Shown piece by piece: positions 9,401 to 18,099 of a DNA stretch of 53,511 nt. The position numbers and the translations under genes were made by a program. Below the pieces are notes generated by a model, which was not told where the DNA came from, searched no databases, and saw nothing but the letters and a program-made list of their open reading frames with translations. Numbering within the stretch: the first letter of the stretch is position 1; each line of letters starts with the position of its first letter. Source of the stretch: a bacterium (GTDB taxonomy: Bacteria > SZUA-182 > DTGQ01); assembly GCA_040752695.1 (NCBI GenBank), contig JBFMGO010000030.1:1-53511 (forward strand). The letters are read 5' to 3'.

Positions 9401-10067
9401 ACACCTTCAGAGGATCCAGCCCGCCCGCTGACGCTCCGATCGCCACGATGGGGAAAGGGGGCTCTTCCGTCCCGGGCCAGTTCCGGTCATGCTCCTCTTC
9501 GACGGCTTCCTCATCCTCCTCATTCTCATACTTATTCTCATACTTATTCTCTGCTGCTGCATCTTTCTTTGCTGCAACTTCTTTCTCTGCCGATGGCTCT
9601 TTCTCTGGTGCAGTTCTTTCTGCTGCTCTCTCCTCTTCCACTGCTTCTACTCCTTCTACTTCTCTCTCTCCAGGGCGATCTTCCCCTGCGCCGGGCTGCT
9701 GCGCTTCACCCGGGCTGGATTGGGCTTTCTTCGTGTCAGCTCGAGTTTCCTTCCCGGCTCGACCCAGATCCTCTTTCGTTTGGGCTTCCTCCTCTTTGAC
9801 TCTTGCCTGCTCAGCTTTGGCCTGTTTCTGCTCCTTTTCGGCTCGTGCCTGCTCAGCTTTGGATCGAGCTTTCACCCTCTTGGCCCTATTCTGCAAGTCG
9901 TTAAGCAGAGCTTTATCCTCGTTGGACATTGCATTGCCGTCTGGTTGGCTTTCTGTTCCTGAATCTCTGTCTTCAGCTCTTTCTTCAGCTCTACCTTTTG
10001 CATTATTTTTAGCTTTTTCTCCGGCCTTTTTTTTATTATCCTTTTTATTATTATACTCTTTATCCAT
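6414..10067 (-). CDS. CheB methylesterase-CheR methyltransferase fusion with coiled coil and PAS domains; long charged N-terminal extension
   Basis: IGASAGG, VIQHLDP and LSGTGTDG (CheB); VWVPGCASGEEAYS and DLISCRNLLIY (CheR); EELQSTNEEL repeats. Confidence 0.95.
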   Translation of the reverse strand: MDKEYNNKKDNKKKAGEKAKNNAKGRAEERAEDRDSGTESQPDGNAMSNEDKALLNDLQNRAKRVKARSKAEQARAEKEQKQAKAEQARVKEEEAQTKEDLGRAGKETRADTKKAQSSPGEAQQPGAGEDRPGEREVEGVEAVEEERAAERTAPEKEPSAEKEVAAKKDAAAENKYENKYENEEDEEAVEEEHDRNWPGTEEPPFPIVAIGASAGGLDPLKVFFSQMPSHEKIAFVVIQHLDPKHKSYMSDLIQKYTGMRVMEVEDGVTIKPGIIYLGPPDKLVDLFHGRVQLIDMPKSMGGSGVHLPIDHFFRSLAKDCGERSVGIILSGTGTDGTIGLKAIKGSAGMVMTQDPGQAQYSGMPHSAISTGIVDFILPVEKMPQELLQYLKHPYVKSPQAIEAEEEKQFEDHLQKIFMIIRSRTGHDFSNYKQNTIRRRIERRMAVHKIVEIRNYVRLLHEDSDEVQNLFKDLLIKVTSFFRDADAFETLSERVIHTLLEEKRDQTAIRVWVPGCASGEEAYSLAMLFIEEMEELKKEWPVQIFASDIDKEAIDQGRAARYPDNITADVSESRLKRFFLKDDGMYKIKKQIRQMVVFAVQNVLTDPPFTKLDLISCRNLLIYMESSLQKKILPLFHYALNPDGYLFLGTSESIGESHDLFKQVDKKWKIYQHRGNGAVNVADYPPFSISMPVYREINRNGKEKGIIRKPSLRDLIERITLKEYAPPSVIIDEDFNILYFQGSTDRYLTLPVGEPNLNILNMARLGLSHHLKNMIIKAVRQNDPVTSEGIHVKDDGEYRKIDLVVRNISDAAEIKRLFMVVFIDKPVESAAVCKPPKGKRGRKAEEADPRMIALEEKLRTTREELQSTIEELETSNEELKSANEELQSSNEEAQSTNEELETSREELQSTNEELATVNTELQNKVNELSKASDDINNLLASTDIATMFLDKELRIRRFTPAMTEIFNLITGDIGRPISDITSRISSFDIAQSAKEVLRSLQHMEKQEQTENGNWFSIRIRPYRTMDNVIDGVVLSFVDITEMKKSEHVAQASKGYAESIVNAVRELLVILDEDFKIVSANQAFYRIMKTYPQRIEGASIFDFAGEQSDMQKLKGLLDKVVNDNQPFNDFEITFTGPDTNRMTLLLNARAIHQEIGKPQRILLALEDITEKKRREVAKYREIYKAGEMPEAGELTDSMNKDEGKEKDASKEIDKNKEMK

Positions 10068-10411
10068 TTAATTTACCTAACCTGTCAATTTCGGTGTAAG
10101 TATTTATATAATTTAATTTTAATTAATACGAATTCGTTTCTTTTTGGGACGAACATCTATATTTTATCATTTTTTTCACAAAATGCATAGCCTATCTCTT
10201 ATGAATATCAGAAATTTATTCTCCAAAATGAATATACCCTGCGGCCCGGGAGACTGTCCGATAATAAAAATTTTAAATTTTTGTATATAACTATAACTAT
10301 ACTTTCGCACTTCACTTTCGCACTTCTTGTCATTGTAAAACTATCAGCATTTCAAGCACTTAATAAAAAATGCAAAAGCATAGCAGTTAAATAAACCAAG
10401 ATGACGACTAA

Positions 10412-10717
10412 TATAATGAGCCCGAAGAGAAGCTGAGTGATAGCGATATCCGCAGATTCAGATGCACTATCGGCCACTCCTTCACTCTCCGCAACCTTTT
10501 GGCGAGTCAAGCCAATGGTGTCGAGCAGGCTCTTTGGTCCGCGTCCGCTGTACGCAGCATGGAAGAGAGGAGCAAGATATTCACCATGTTAGCTGACGAT
10601 GTGCGAGAGAAAAACGAAATGTCTACCCTGGCCAAGAAATACGAGGAAAGAGCCGCAAAATCCATGAAAGATGCCCAGATTATAAGAAACCTGCTGATGA
10701 GCGAACCTCCGGAGTAA
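10412..10717 (+). pseudogene. 5'-truncated remnant of the C-terminal extension of stand-alone CheB-type methylesterases
   Basis: Extending the 10499 ORF upstream gives DIRRFRCTIGHSFTLRNLLASQANGVEQALWSASAVRSMEER, matching the RFRC-x-x-GH...E-x-ALW tail. There is an in-frame TAA at 10409-10411, no ATG before the motif, and no methylesterase domain. Confidence 0.65.
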
Positions 10718-10845
10718 CAAACTGCCCTCATCTTCGGAATAACAGCCTGCCTTCTTCTCTGGAGTAATGGACTGGGCTCAGTTCTCCCCCAAATCTTTCG
10801 CTATGCCCTCCACTGCATCCCTCCCTTTTATTCTCCCCACTATCC

Positions 10846-11352
10846 TTAATCCTCCCCTGACCGTCCCATGGCCTCCATCACTGCATCCCGTATAATGGAC
10901 CGGGAGAATCCGTGCCGGGCGAGAAGATTGACGAGGCTCCGCATCAACTTATCTCTATCCTTGCTATGAGAGCGCCGTATCCTTTTGTGCGCAAGCTGGA
11001 GGGCAAGCTCCTTCTCCCTGCCCAAAGGGCTGTAGGTTTCCCGGATCACCTCTTCGACGATGTCAGCCGAAATCCCTTTATGCCGAAGCTCCTGGCTGAG
11101 CAGGATTCTGCCGTTTAACTTGCGGTTGGCAGAAAAATCGGCCCACTCCTGCGCAAAGGCGCGATCATCCAGATAGCGGCGCTCGGTCAGGTATTCAATC
11201 ACGCCAGCCGCCACCTCTTCGGAATACCCCTTTTGCCGCAGCCGGTCAAATACCTCTTTGCTGCTCCGGGCACGGTAAGAAAGGTAATTAAGGGCAAGAT
11301 CGCGGGCCTTCTGCTGGGCTTCTTCCTCTGTGGTCATGTCGTCATGTGCCAT
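10846..11352 (-). CDS. recX: Regulatory protein RecX
   Basis: ALNYLSYRARSSKEV, YLDDRAFA, QELRHKGI, LARHGF; lies downstream of recA. Start uncertain (ORF extends to 11406). Confidence 0.92.
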   Translation of the reverse strand: MAHDDMTTEEEAQQKARDLALNYLSYRARSSKEVFDRLRQKGYSEEVAAGVIEYLTERRYLDDRAFAQEWADFSANRKLNGRILLSQELRHKGISADIVEEVIRETYSPLGREKELALQLAHKRIRRSHSKDRDKLMRSLVNLLARHGFSRSIIRDAVMEAMGRSGED

Positions 11353-11556
11353 CAGCGATCCTTGTATCGCGGGGCAGAGAGGGTAAATTGAAGGGTAAAT
11401 TGACATGTAGAGCGGCAGGCGACGTTTGAAAGTGATGGTCGCCTTAACGTGAAAAGGCTATTAGTAGTACAACGAAACATTATCAGAACTCTCGCAGGGA
11501 TGCGGCCTTTCAAGTAAGACAAAAAGGCAATGACTAATGTCTCTTGTTGGACCGTT

Positions 11557-11603
11557 TGTCATTCTGAGCGAAGCAGGGGCACCCTGCTTCGCTCAGAATG
11601 ACA
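11557..11603. repeat. REP-like perfect palindrome, 22-bp stem (TGTCATTCTGAGCGAAGCAGGG-GCA-CCCTGCTTCGCTCAGAATGACA)
   Basis: Directly visible between recA and recX; shares GTCATTC...GAATGAC ends with the 3126 element. Confidence 0.85.
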
Positions 11604-11827
11604 TTTATGCAATGGCTGAATTATGATCAATCCCCGCTTCCTCGCTTCATAAACTTGGCTGTGAAGAGGGGAGCAGGTAGCAGTCAGAGTGATAAAATGA
11701 GAAATACAAATGAAAACACGCGGTCACAGCGGCCCAGAACACCCAAGGGCATGTCTGGGCTTTTCCAGCGATGTCTTGGTTTTTCCTGGTTTCCCTCCCT
11801 GGTTTCTCCTGGGTTCCCTGGACAATA

Positions 11828-12892
11828 TCAGTCTTCGGCGTCACTCCCGTCATCCGACTCAGCGTCGCCTTTTCCTGGCGTATATCCCGCTCCTCTTATC
11901 TTTTCAGCAAGTTCCTGGTAGATCTCAGGGTTATTTTTCAAAAAGAGCCGGGCATTCTCCCTGCCCTGACCAAGCTTTTCATTTCCGTAGCTGAACCAGG
12001 CGCCGCTTTTTTGAATCAGCTCTTTTTGCAGGGCCACATCCAGGAGCGCCCCTTCCTTGGAGATTCCCTCGCTGTAGAGGATATCGAACTCGGCGGTCCG
12101 AAACGGCGGGGCTACCTTATTTTTCACAACCTTCACCACGGCCCTGGTCCCGATTATCTCGTCGCCGATCTTGATCGAGCTCCCTTTACGGATTTCCATC
12201 CGGACTGAAGCATAAAATTTCAGGGCTCGCCCTCCGGTCGTTGTTTCCGGATTGCCGAACATGACACCGATTTTCTCCCGCACCTGATTGATAAAAATAA
12301 CGCAGGTCCTGGACTTGGAAATGGCACCGGTCAGCTTGCGCAGGGCCTGTGACATCAGGCGGGCCTGAACCCCCATATGAGAATCGCCCATGTCCCCGTC
12401 GAGCTCGGCCCTGGGAACCAAGGCAGCCACAGAATCGACCACGATGATATCAAGAGCCGTACTGCGAACCAGAGTCTCGGTAATCTCAAGGGCCTGCTCT
12501 CCGGTATCAGGCTGCGAGATCAACAAATCATCCGTATTGACCCCGAGCTTTTTGGCATAAACCGGGTCCATGGCATGCTCGGCATCGATGAAAGCGGCTA
12601 TTCCTCCCAACTTTTGGGCTTCAGCCACAATATGGAGGGCCAGAGTTGTTTTCCCTGAAGATTCCTGACCGTAGATTTCAATAACCCGGCCACGGGGGAC
12701 CCCATTTACACCCAGCGCCATGTCCAAAGTGAGCACTCCTGTCGGAATGACAGGAATATCCATGGCAAAATTCGATCCCAGCTTCATGATCGAGCCCTTG
12801 CCAAAGGATCGCTCAATCTGATGCATTGCCAAATCCAGAGCTTTAAACTTTTCTTTTTTAATATCTTCCATGTTGATTGATTTATCTTCCAT
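11828..12892 (-). CDS. recA: Recombinase RecA
   Basis: Walker [48 protein letters not shown]. Confidence 0.99.
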   Translation of the reverse strand: MEDKSINMEDIKKEKFKALDLAMHQIERSFGKGSIMKLGSNFAMDIPVIPTGVLTLDMALGVNGVPRGRVIEIYGQESSGKTTLALHIVAEAQKLGGIAAFIDAEHAMDPVYAKKLGVNTDDLLISQPDTGEQALEITETLVRSTALDIIVVDSVAALVPRAELDGDMGDSHMGVQARLMSQALRKLTGAISKSRTCVIFINQVREKIGVMFGNPETTTGGRALKFYASVRMEIRKGSSIKIGDEIIGTRAVVKVVKNKVAPPFRTAEFDILYSEGISKEGALLDVALQKELIQKSGAWFSYGNEKLGQGRENARLFLKNNPEIYQELAEKIRGAGYTPGKGDAESDDGSDAED

Positions 12893-12977
12893 AATTGATG
12901 TTCTTCTCCTTGCAGTACTTATTTTCTCATCCTCCTGAATGTAAACAAGGCAGGCAAAATGTAAAATCAGGTATCAG

Positions 12978-13240
12978 ATAACCAATGGTCAGTAATCACT
13001 TAACCAATGGTCAATAATCACTAATCAATAATTAGTGATCGATAATCAGTGATCCCTGATCTGGCCTTAACCGCCAGTCCCCGGCCACCCAGCATCGAGT
13101 CATCAGCCACCCGGCCACTCTGCATCCAGCAGCCAGTAGCAATCGTCCAATCACCGGCCACGCAGCATCGAGTCATCAGTCACTCTGCATCCAGCAGCCA
13201 GCATCGATTCGTCCGCTGCCCGGCATCCGGCCGCCAGCAA
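12978..13240. repeat. Degenerate short tandem repeats (TAACCAATGGTCA.TAATCACT x2; ~7-nt CAGCATC/CAGCAGC/CGGCCAC units)
   Basis: Visible periodic low-complexity tract in the thpR-recA spacer. Confidence 0.7.
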
Positions 13241-13831
13241 TCAGGTAAGCGGAATCCGCCCCAGTTCCGTATAAACGGCACCGGTAGGACGAAGATCACT
13301 TTTCATAAGCCTGATATCCTGAATTATTGATCGGCTGAATACAGGGTGAGGGATCGTGGACAACACCTCACCTAAAGCGGCCGCACCTTCACTGGAGCGA
13401 ATCCTTCCCAAGGTAAGGTGGGGATTGAATTTTTTCTTTTCCCTCGGAAAACCCAGAGCCGCCAGTTCCTGTTCCACCCTTGGCTGCATAACTCTCAGGG
13501 ATTCTATCCCTTCCGAAATCCCGACCCAAATCACTCTGGGGTTCCGCTGGCTGGGGAAAACACCAAGCCCCTCGATTTGCAGAGCAAAAGCGCTGATCCC
13601 CTGTGCAGCCGTCTGAAGTGCATTCAAAATGGCCTTAACCTCGCTTAAGGGAATGTCACCCAGAAACTTTACGGTAAGGTGAATCGTCTCAGGTTTCACC
13701 CAACTCACCCGGCAAGCAGTCTTTTGAGCGGATTTTATCAATTGCTCCTGAACACAGCCAATCTCTTTCTGGATCTTGGCATCAATGGCAAGAGCTACAA
13801 AGGACCGAATATATTCTGTATACTCTTTCAT
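13241..13831 (-). CDS. thpR: RNA 2',3'-cyclic phosphodiesterase (2H family, LigT/ThpR)
   Basis: Two HxT motifs (IHLTVKFLG, PHLTLGR); RSFVAL N-terminus; position upstream of recA. Confidence 0.93.
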   Translation of the reverse strand: MKEYTEYIRSFVALAIDAKIQKEIGCVQEQLIKSAQKTACRVSWVKPETIHLTVKFLGDIPLSEVKAILNALQTAAQGISAFALQIEGLGVFPSQRNPRVIWVGISEGIESLRVMQPRVEQELAALGFPREKKKFNPHLTLGRIRSSEGAAALGEVLSTIPHPVFSRSIIQDIRLMKSDLRPTGAVYTELGRIPLT

Positions 13832-14029
13832 AGATAGTACCTTGATAATATCTTATAATAGCCCGTAATTACTTATGATATTAGATAATAATTCATGGCA
13901 GTGTATAAATATTCAGGGAATTCAGAGCACGGCAAACTGGCCGGGCAATTCCCTCGCTGTGTACTGAGAACCTAACCGAAAAATCCTGAAAGGCCGCATC
14001 GCTGTGAGTGCCGAGCCCGCTTTTCGGTA

Positions 14030-14551
14030 CTATCCCTGGGAATTCGATTGACAATCTCCCTGATAATACCTTCGAACCAGGTCCAAAGCGGATTGCGAAG
14101 CCTGGAACTTGATCTGTTTTCGCGAGCCCTGAAGCCGCAGTTCCTCCAGAAAGAAGCTGTACCCATCATACAGGCCGATGTAAACCAGCCCTACGGGCTC
14201 ATCGGCGCTTCCTCCACCCGGTCCTGCAATACCACTGATGGCCAGGGTCAGATCCGCTCCGCTTAACTTTCTGATGCCGGCGCACATTTCTCTGACCGTC
14301 TGTTCGCTGACTGCCCCGAAATCGCGCAAGGTTTCCTCTCTGACTCCGAGTAAGTTCTTCTTGGCCTGATTGCTGTACACGATAACACCCTCGAAGAAAT
14401 ATTCGGAACTACCAGGTACATCCGTGATCCTGCTGGCGATCAGGCCGCCGGTACAAGACTCTGCCGTGGCCAAAGTGTGGCCGTTTTGCCGCAAAAGATC
14501 CCCAACCACCTTCTCCATGCCGTCACTCATGCTATCCACCTTGCTGTTCAT
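14030..14551 (-). CDS. cinA: CinA C-terminal domain protein (NMN deamidase, PncC-like)
   Basis: ATAESCTGGLIA, VPGSS, GAVSE and SGIAGPGGG motifs. Start uncertain (ORF extends to 14587). Confidence 0.9.
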   Translation of the reverse strand: MNSKVDSMSDGMEKVVGDLLRQNGHTLATAESCTGGLIASRITDVPGSSEYFFEGVIVYSNQAKKNLLGVREETLRDFGAVSEQTVREMCAGIRKLSGADLTLAISGIAGPGGGSADEPVGLVYIGLYDGYSFFLEELRLQGSRKQIKFQASQSALDLVRRYYQGDCQSNSQG

Positions 14552-14581
14552 GCCATGTCCATCCTGTCGTCCACACTTACT

Positions 14582-14672
14582 GCTCATCGCGCTGTCTTGC
14601 GCTCATCGCACTGCCCTTTCACCTATCGCACTTCCCCTTCGCCATCGTGCTGTCTTGCTGGCTGCATTGCGG
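14582..14672. repeat. ~19-nt degenerate tandem repeat (CATCGC[AG]CT...), ~4 copies, in the cinA leader
   Basis: catcgcgctgtcttg / catcgcactgccctt / tatcgcacttcccct / catcgtgctgtcttg. Confidence 0.6.
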
Positions 14673-14761
14673 TCCGCCTTTACTATCAACTCCTCCCGTC
14701 GGGAAGAGGGTAAATACTCATCAAAAAATCTTGAAAAAACAATATCTACAGTGTGTTTCTC

Positions 14762-14790
14762 ATTATATAACCTTGCTTCCTTCCTGTCAA
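14762..14790 (-). promoter_or_regulatory. Consensus sigma70 promoter for cinA-thpR-recA-recX
   Basis: Minus strand TTGACA-17 nt-TATAAT, a perfect match. Confidence 0.85.
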
Positions 14791-14973
14791 CAAAGGTTCA
14801 ATCATTCTTGCCGGTAAAATATTTCATATAAACTTGCATTTTTCCGATCATAGATGTTGTTCTTTCCGAAAAGTGAATAAGCAACCATCGAAAATTCGTT
14901 AATTCGTTTAATTCTACTGGCTCATTAGAGTGCAGGATTAAAGTGGTGAAAATGAAATGGGTTAGGTATTTTT

Positions 14974-15050
14974 AGATTGGGAGATTGGGAGGAGGGAGAT
15001 TGAGAGGTTGACAAATTGAGAGATTAAGAGATTGGTAGATATTGATTGAG
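14974..15050. repeat. GAGATTG-type short tandem repeats upstream of glgA
   Basis: Repeated gagattgg/gagattga/gagattaa units. Confidence 0.55.
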
Positions 15051-15315
15051 AACAATTAACATACTTCTTGACTCGCCAAATTTTGGAGAATGACAGCCGA
15101 CCGACAGCCGCGAACCCTGAACCTGACAACCCGAAGGAACAACCTTTTTTGCTTGATTCAGTCTAGCATATTCATTTAAGATAGGAATGAAGTTTACTTT
15201 AATTATCATAAAGATTGCTATCTTAATCCGAAAAAGAACACAAAGATTATTATAACACGCTTTCAGGCAATCATAAGCCCCCACTTGGGGGGAGAAAGCA
15301 AAAGGAGGATTTCCC

Positions 15316-16788
15316 ATGTCAAAGAAACTCAAGATACTCGTGGCTTCCCCAGAAGTTGCCCCATTAGCGAAAACAGGTGGGCTGGCTGATGTCGCCGGAT
15401 CCCTGCCAAAGGCTCTAAAATCGTTAGGTCATGATGTCAGGGTGGTATTGCCCTTGTATGCCATGGTCAAACACCAGAATCCGAAGTTGAAAGAGGAATT
15501 ACCGGTCTTACAGGTTCCTGTCGGTGATCGTAAAGAGCAGGCCAGTGTTATGTCTACCCTCTTGGGGGACACCGTAACGACTTACCTGATCAAACATGAC
15601 CGCTACTATGACCGTGAATACCTTTACACCACTCCTCAGGGAGACTACTCGGACAACGCCGAGCGGTTTATTTTTTTCAGCCGGGCGATCCTGGAGATGC
15701 TGAAACAGATTAATTTTGCTCCTGATATCATTCATATCAATGATTGGCAAACCGGGCTGATCCCCACCTATCTCAAGACTCTTTACAGCCAGGACGATTT
15801 CTTCAAAAACACCGCCACGGTTTTTACCGTACACAACCTGGGCTATCAGGGAAAATTCTGGGCCCTGGATATGCCTATGACCAACCTTCCCTGGGATGTC
15901 TTTTCCATCAACGGGATAGAATACTATGGAGATATCAGCTTCCTCAAAGCAGGGCTGATGTACTCCGATGTGATATCCACGGTCAGTAAGGGATATAGCA
16001 GAGAAATCCAGACGCCGGAGTACGGCATCGGTATGGAAGGTGTGCTGCAATACCGAAGCCAGGATCTCTATGGAATTGTCAATGGAGTCGATTATGACGA
16101 ATGGAGCCCTGAAAAGGATAAACTCATCAAGAGTCACTATGACGTCAATGACCTGGAAGGGAAAAAAGCTGACCGCGAAGACCTGCTGAAGGAATTCGGG
16201 TTGAAGGTTACAGCGGATACACCCATTATCGGCATGATTACCCGGCTTGCTGACCAGAAAGGATTTGACATCCTCTCCGAGGCCATGCCGAAATTGATGA
16301 AACTGAATGTGGCCATGGTGGTCCTGGGAACCGGAGAGCAAAAATACCATGACCTTTTCAATACCCTGCACAAGGAGTATCCACAAAAGCTGGGCGTGCT
16401 TATTGCATTCAATAATACGATTGCTCATAAGATCGAGGCAGGCAGTGACATGTTTTTGATGCCCTCCAAATATGAGCCCTGCGGCCTTAATCAGATGTAC
16501 AGCCTCAAGTATGGTACGGTACCTGTTGTCAGGGCTACCGGTGGATTAGACGACACTATTCAGGATTATGATCCCAAAACCGGCAGGGGAAATGGTTTCA
16601 AATTTATTGAATATTCAGCCCAGGCACTGCTTGAGACCGTAAAGAGGGCCATCAGTGCTTTTGAAGATAAGCAGAAATGGCTGAAGCTTATGAAAAATGG
16701 CATGAACGAAGACCGTTCATGGAAAGCTTCGGCCAAAGAGTATGTTAATCTTTACGAAACTGCTCTGAAAAAGCACGCTTCTTTATAA
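15316..16788 (+). CDS. glgA: Glycogen synthase (GT5)
   Basis: KTGGLADV, HINDWQTG, TVHNLGYQG, EPCGLNQ, RATGGLDDT; AAGGAGG RBS. Confidence 0.97.
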   Translation: MSKKLKILVASPEVAPLAKTGGLADVAGSLPKALKSLGHDVRVVLPLYAMVKHQNPKLKEELPVLQVPVGDRKEQASVMSTLLGDTVTTYLIKHDRYYDREYLYTTPQGDYSDNAERFIFFSRAILEMLKQINFAPDIIHINDWQTGLIPTYLKTLYSQDDFFKNTATVFTVHNLGYQGKFWALDMPMTNLPWDVFSINGIEYYGDISFLKAGLMYSDVISTVSKGYSREIQTPEYGIGMEGVLQYRSQDLYGIVNGVDYDEWSPEKDKLIKSHYDVNDLEGKKADREDLLKEFGLKVTADTPIIGMITRLADQKGFDILSEAMPKLMKLNVAMVVLGTGEQKYHDLFNTLHKEYPQKLGVLIAFNNTIAHKIEAGSDMFLMPSKYEPCGLNQMYSLKYGTVPVVRATGGLDDTIQDYDPKTGRGNGFKFIEYSAQALLETVKRAISAFEDKQKWLKLMKNGMNEDRSWKASAKEYVNLYETALKKHASL

Positions 16789-16828
16789 ATTCCGGATCTG
16801 CCTTTTGATCGATTCCACAAAAACCACG

Positions 16829-16863
16829 CCCCTTTGCCTCTACCAAAAGAAGAGGCAAAGGGG
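16829..16863 (+). terminator. Hairpin after glgA (CCCCTTTGCCTCT...AGAGGCAAAGGGG)
   Basis: 13-bp inverted repeat 40 nt after the stop; no clear U-tract. Confidence 0.6.
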
Positions 16864-16886
16864 TGATGCCGTGCCATGAACCCATC

Positions 16887-16915
16887 TTGACATTCGGCAG
16901 GGAAAATGCCATAAT
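16887..16915 (+). promoter_or_regulatory. sigma70 promoter upstream of rplC
   Basis: TTGACA-17 nt-CATAAT with extended -10 TG. Confidence 0.75.
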
Positions 16916-17286
16916 CAAAACCTCATCTTAGACTAAGCCTTAATTCAAGATTGATAAATAGAGGATTGATAGTTCTCAAGGTGATCAATAATAATTATTA
17001 ATAATAATTATTGATAATAATAAAGCTTAATAGTTATAAGATTAATTAATAATTATAAAAATAATCAATCACTTAGGCAATCATTAATCAATCACCTAAG
17101 TAATTGATTGTTAATTAATCATAAGATAAATGACGAGATAGTAATGAGAATGAGATAGAAACCAGACAGTAACGAGATAGCGACCAGGGACTGACTGAGG
17201 TAGTGACCAGATACCGACCAGATAAATAAAAAAAATTATCAATAAATAGAAATAAATGAATTGCCGGTAGAATAAGGAGAGTAAAT

Positions 17287-17952
17287 ATGCCGATGGGTCT
17301 TATAGGGAAAAAAATTGGAATGACGCAGGTTTTAAGAGAAAGCGGAGAAGTGGTTCCGGTAACCGTAATCCAGGTGGGCCCCTGCACGGTAGTGCAAAAA
17401 AAGGTAAAGGGGACCGATCATTACAACGCCCTTCAATTGGGATTTTTGGATAAAAGAGAGTCCCGGACAAACAAACCATTGCAAGGACATTTTAAAAAAG
17501 CTGGCCTCAGTCCGAAAAAATTTCTCAAGGAAATTCGGCTGGATGACTCGGAAATTGACCAGTATGAAGTAGGCCAGGAAATCAAGGCCGATTTTTTCAG
17601 TGCAGGAGATTACATCGATGTTGTGGGAACCTCAAAGGGCCGGGGATTTGCCGGCGTTATCAAACGGCATGGATTCCGCGGCGCACCGGGGTCACACGGA
17701 ACCCACGATTACAGCCGGCACGGAGGGTCGGTTGGCAGTAACACCTATCCGGGCCGTGTATTTAAAGGCTTGCGAATGGCCGGTCACATGGGAAATTCGA
17801 GGGTAACGATACAGAACCTGAAAATTGAGGACGTCCGTCCGGAACAAAACCTGGTTTTAATAAAAGGAGCTGTTCCAGGAGCTAATAACGGAGTGGTGGT
17901 AATTAGAAAGGCGGTTAAAAAAGCCGCCAAAAAGGAAACCTCAAAGAGGTAA
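17287..17952 (+). CDS. rplC: 50S ribosomal protein L3 (outside an S10 operon)
   Basis: GLIGKKIGMTQ, VPVTVI, GTSKGRGFAGVIKRHGF, PGRVFKGLRMAGHMG, IKGAVPG. Confidence 0.97.
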   Translation: MPMGLIGKKIGMTQVLRESGEVVPVTVIQVGPCTVVQKKVKGTDHYNALQLGFLDKRESRTNKPLQGHFKKAGLSPKKFLKEIRLDDSEIDQYEVGQEIKADFFSAGDYIDVVGTSKGRGFAGVIKRHGFRGAPGSHGTHDYSRHGGSVGSNTYPGRVFKGLRMAGHMGNSRVTIQNLKIEDVRPEQNLVLIKGAVPGANNGVVVIRKAVKKAAKKETSKR

Positions 17953-17960
17953 TACTCAAC

Positions 17961-18090
17961 GGATCAATGTCCAAGGGGTTGATATTCAGAGGTCAATGCC
18001 TAAAGGATGAATGCCCGGGCGGTCATTGTCCGCTGGATCAATATCCAAGGAGTTAATATCCAAGGGGTCAATATCCAAAGGGATCAATAA
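17961..18090. repeat. Degenerate ~15-nt tandem repeat (consensus ~GGRTCAATRTCCAAG), ~9 units
   Basis: Fills most of the rplC-acd spacer. Confidence 0.8.
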
Positions 18091-18099
18091 GGGTAAGAA

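Noticed and set aside
6066..10071. Long plus-strand ORFs (350, 268, 247 and 207 aa)
   Set aside because: Antisense to the CheBR and kinase genes, with no recognisable motifs.
13925..14000. GGCAAA-containing segment as a c-di-GMP riboswitch
   Set aside because: The GAAA tetraloop and GCAAAG elements are not correctly arranged, and it is antisense to the operon.
17961..18090. Repeat array as a CRISPR or a small CDS
   Set aside because: Units are contiguous with no spacers and too short; the frame is broken by stops and indels.
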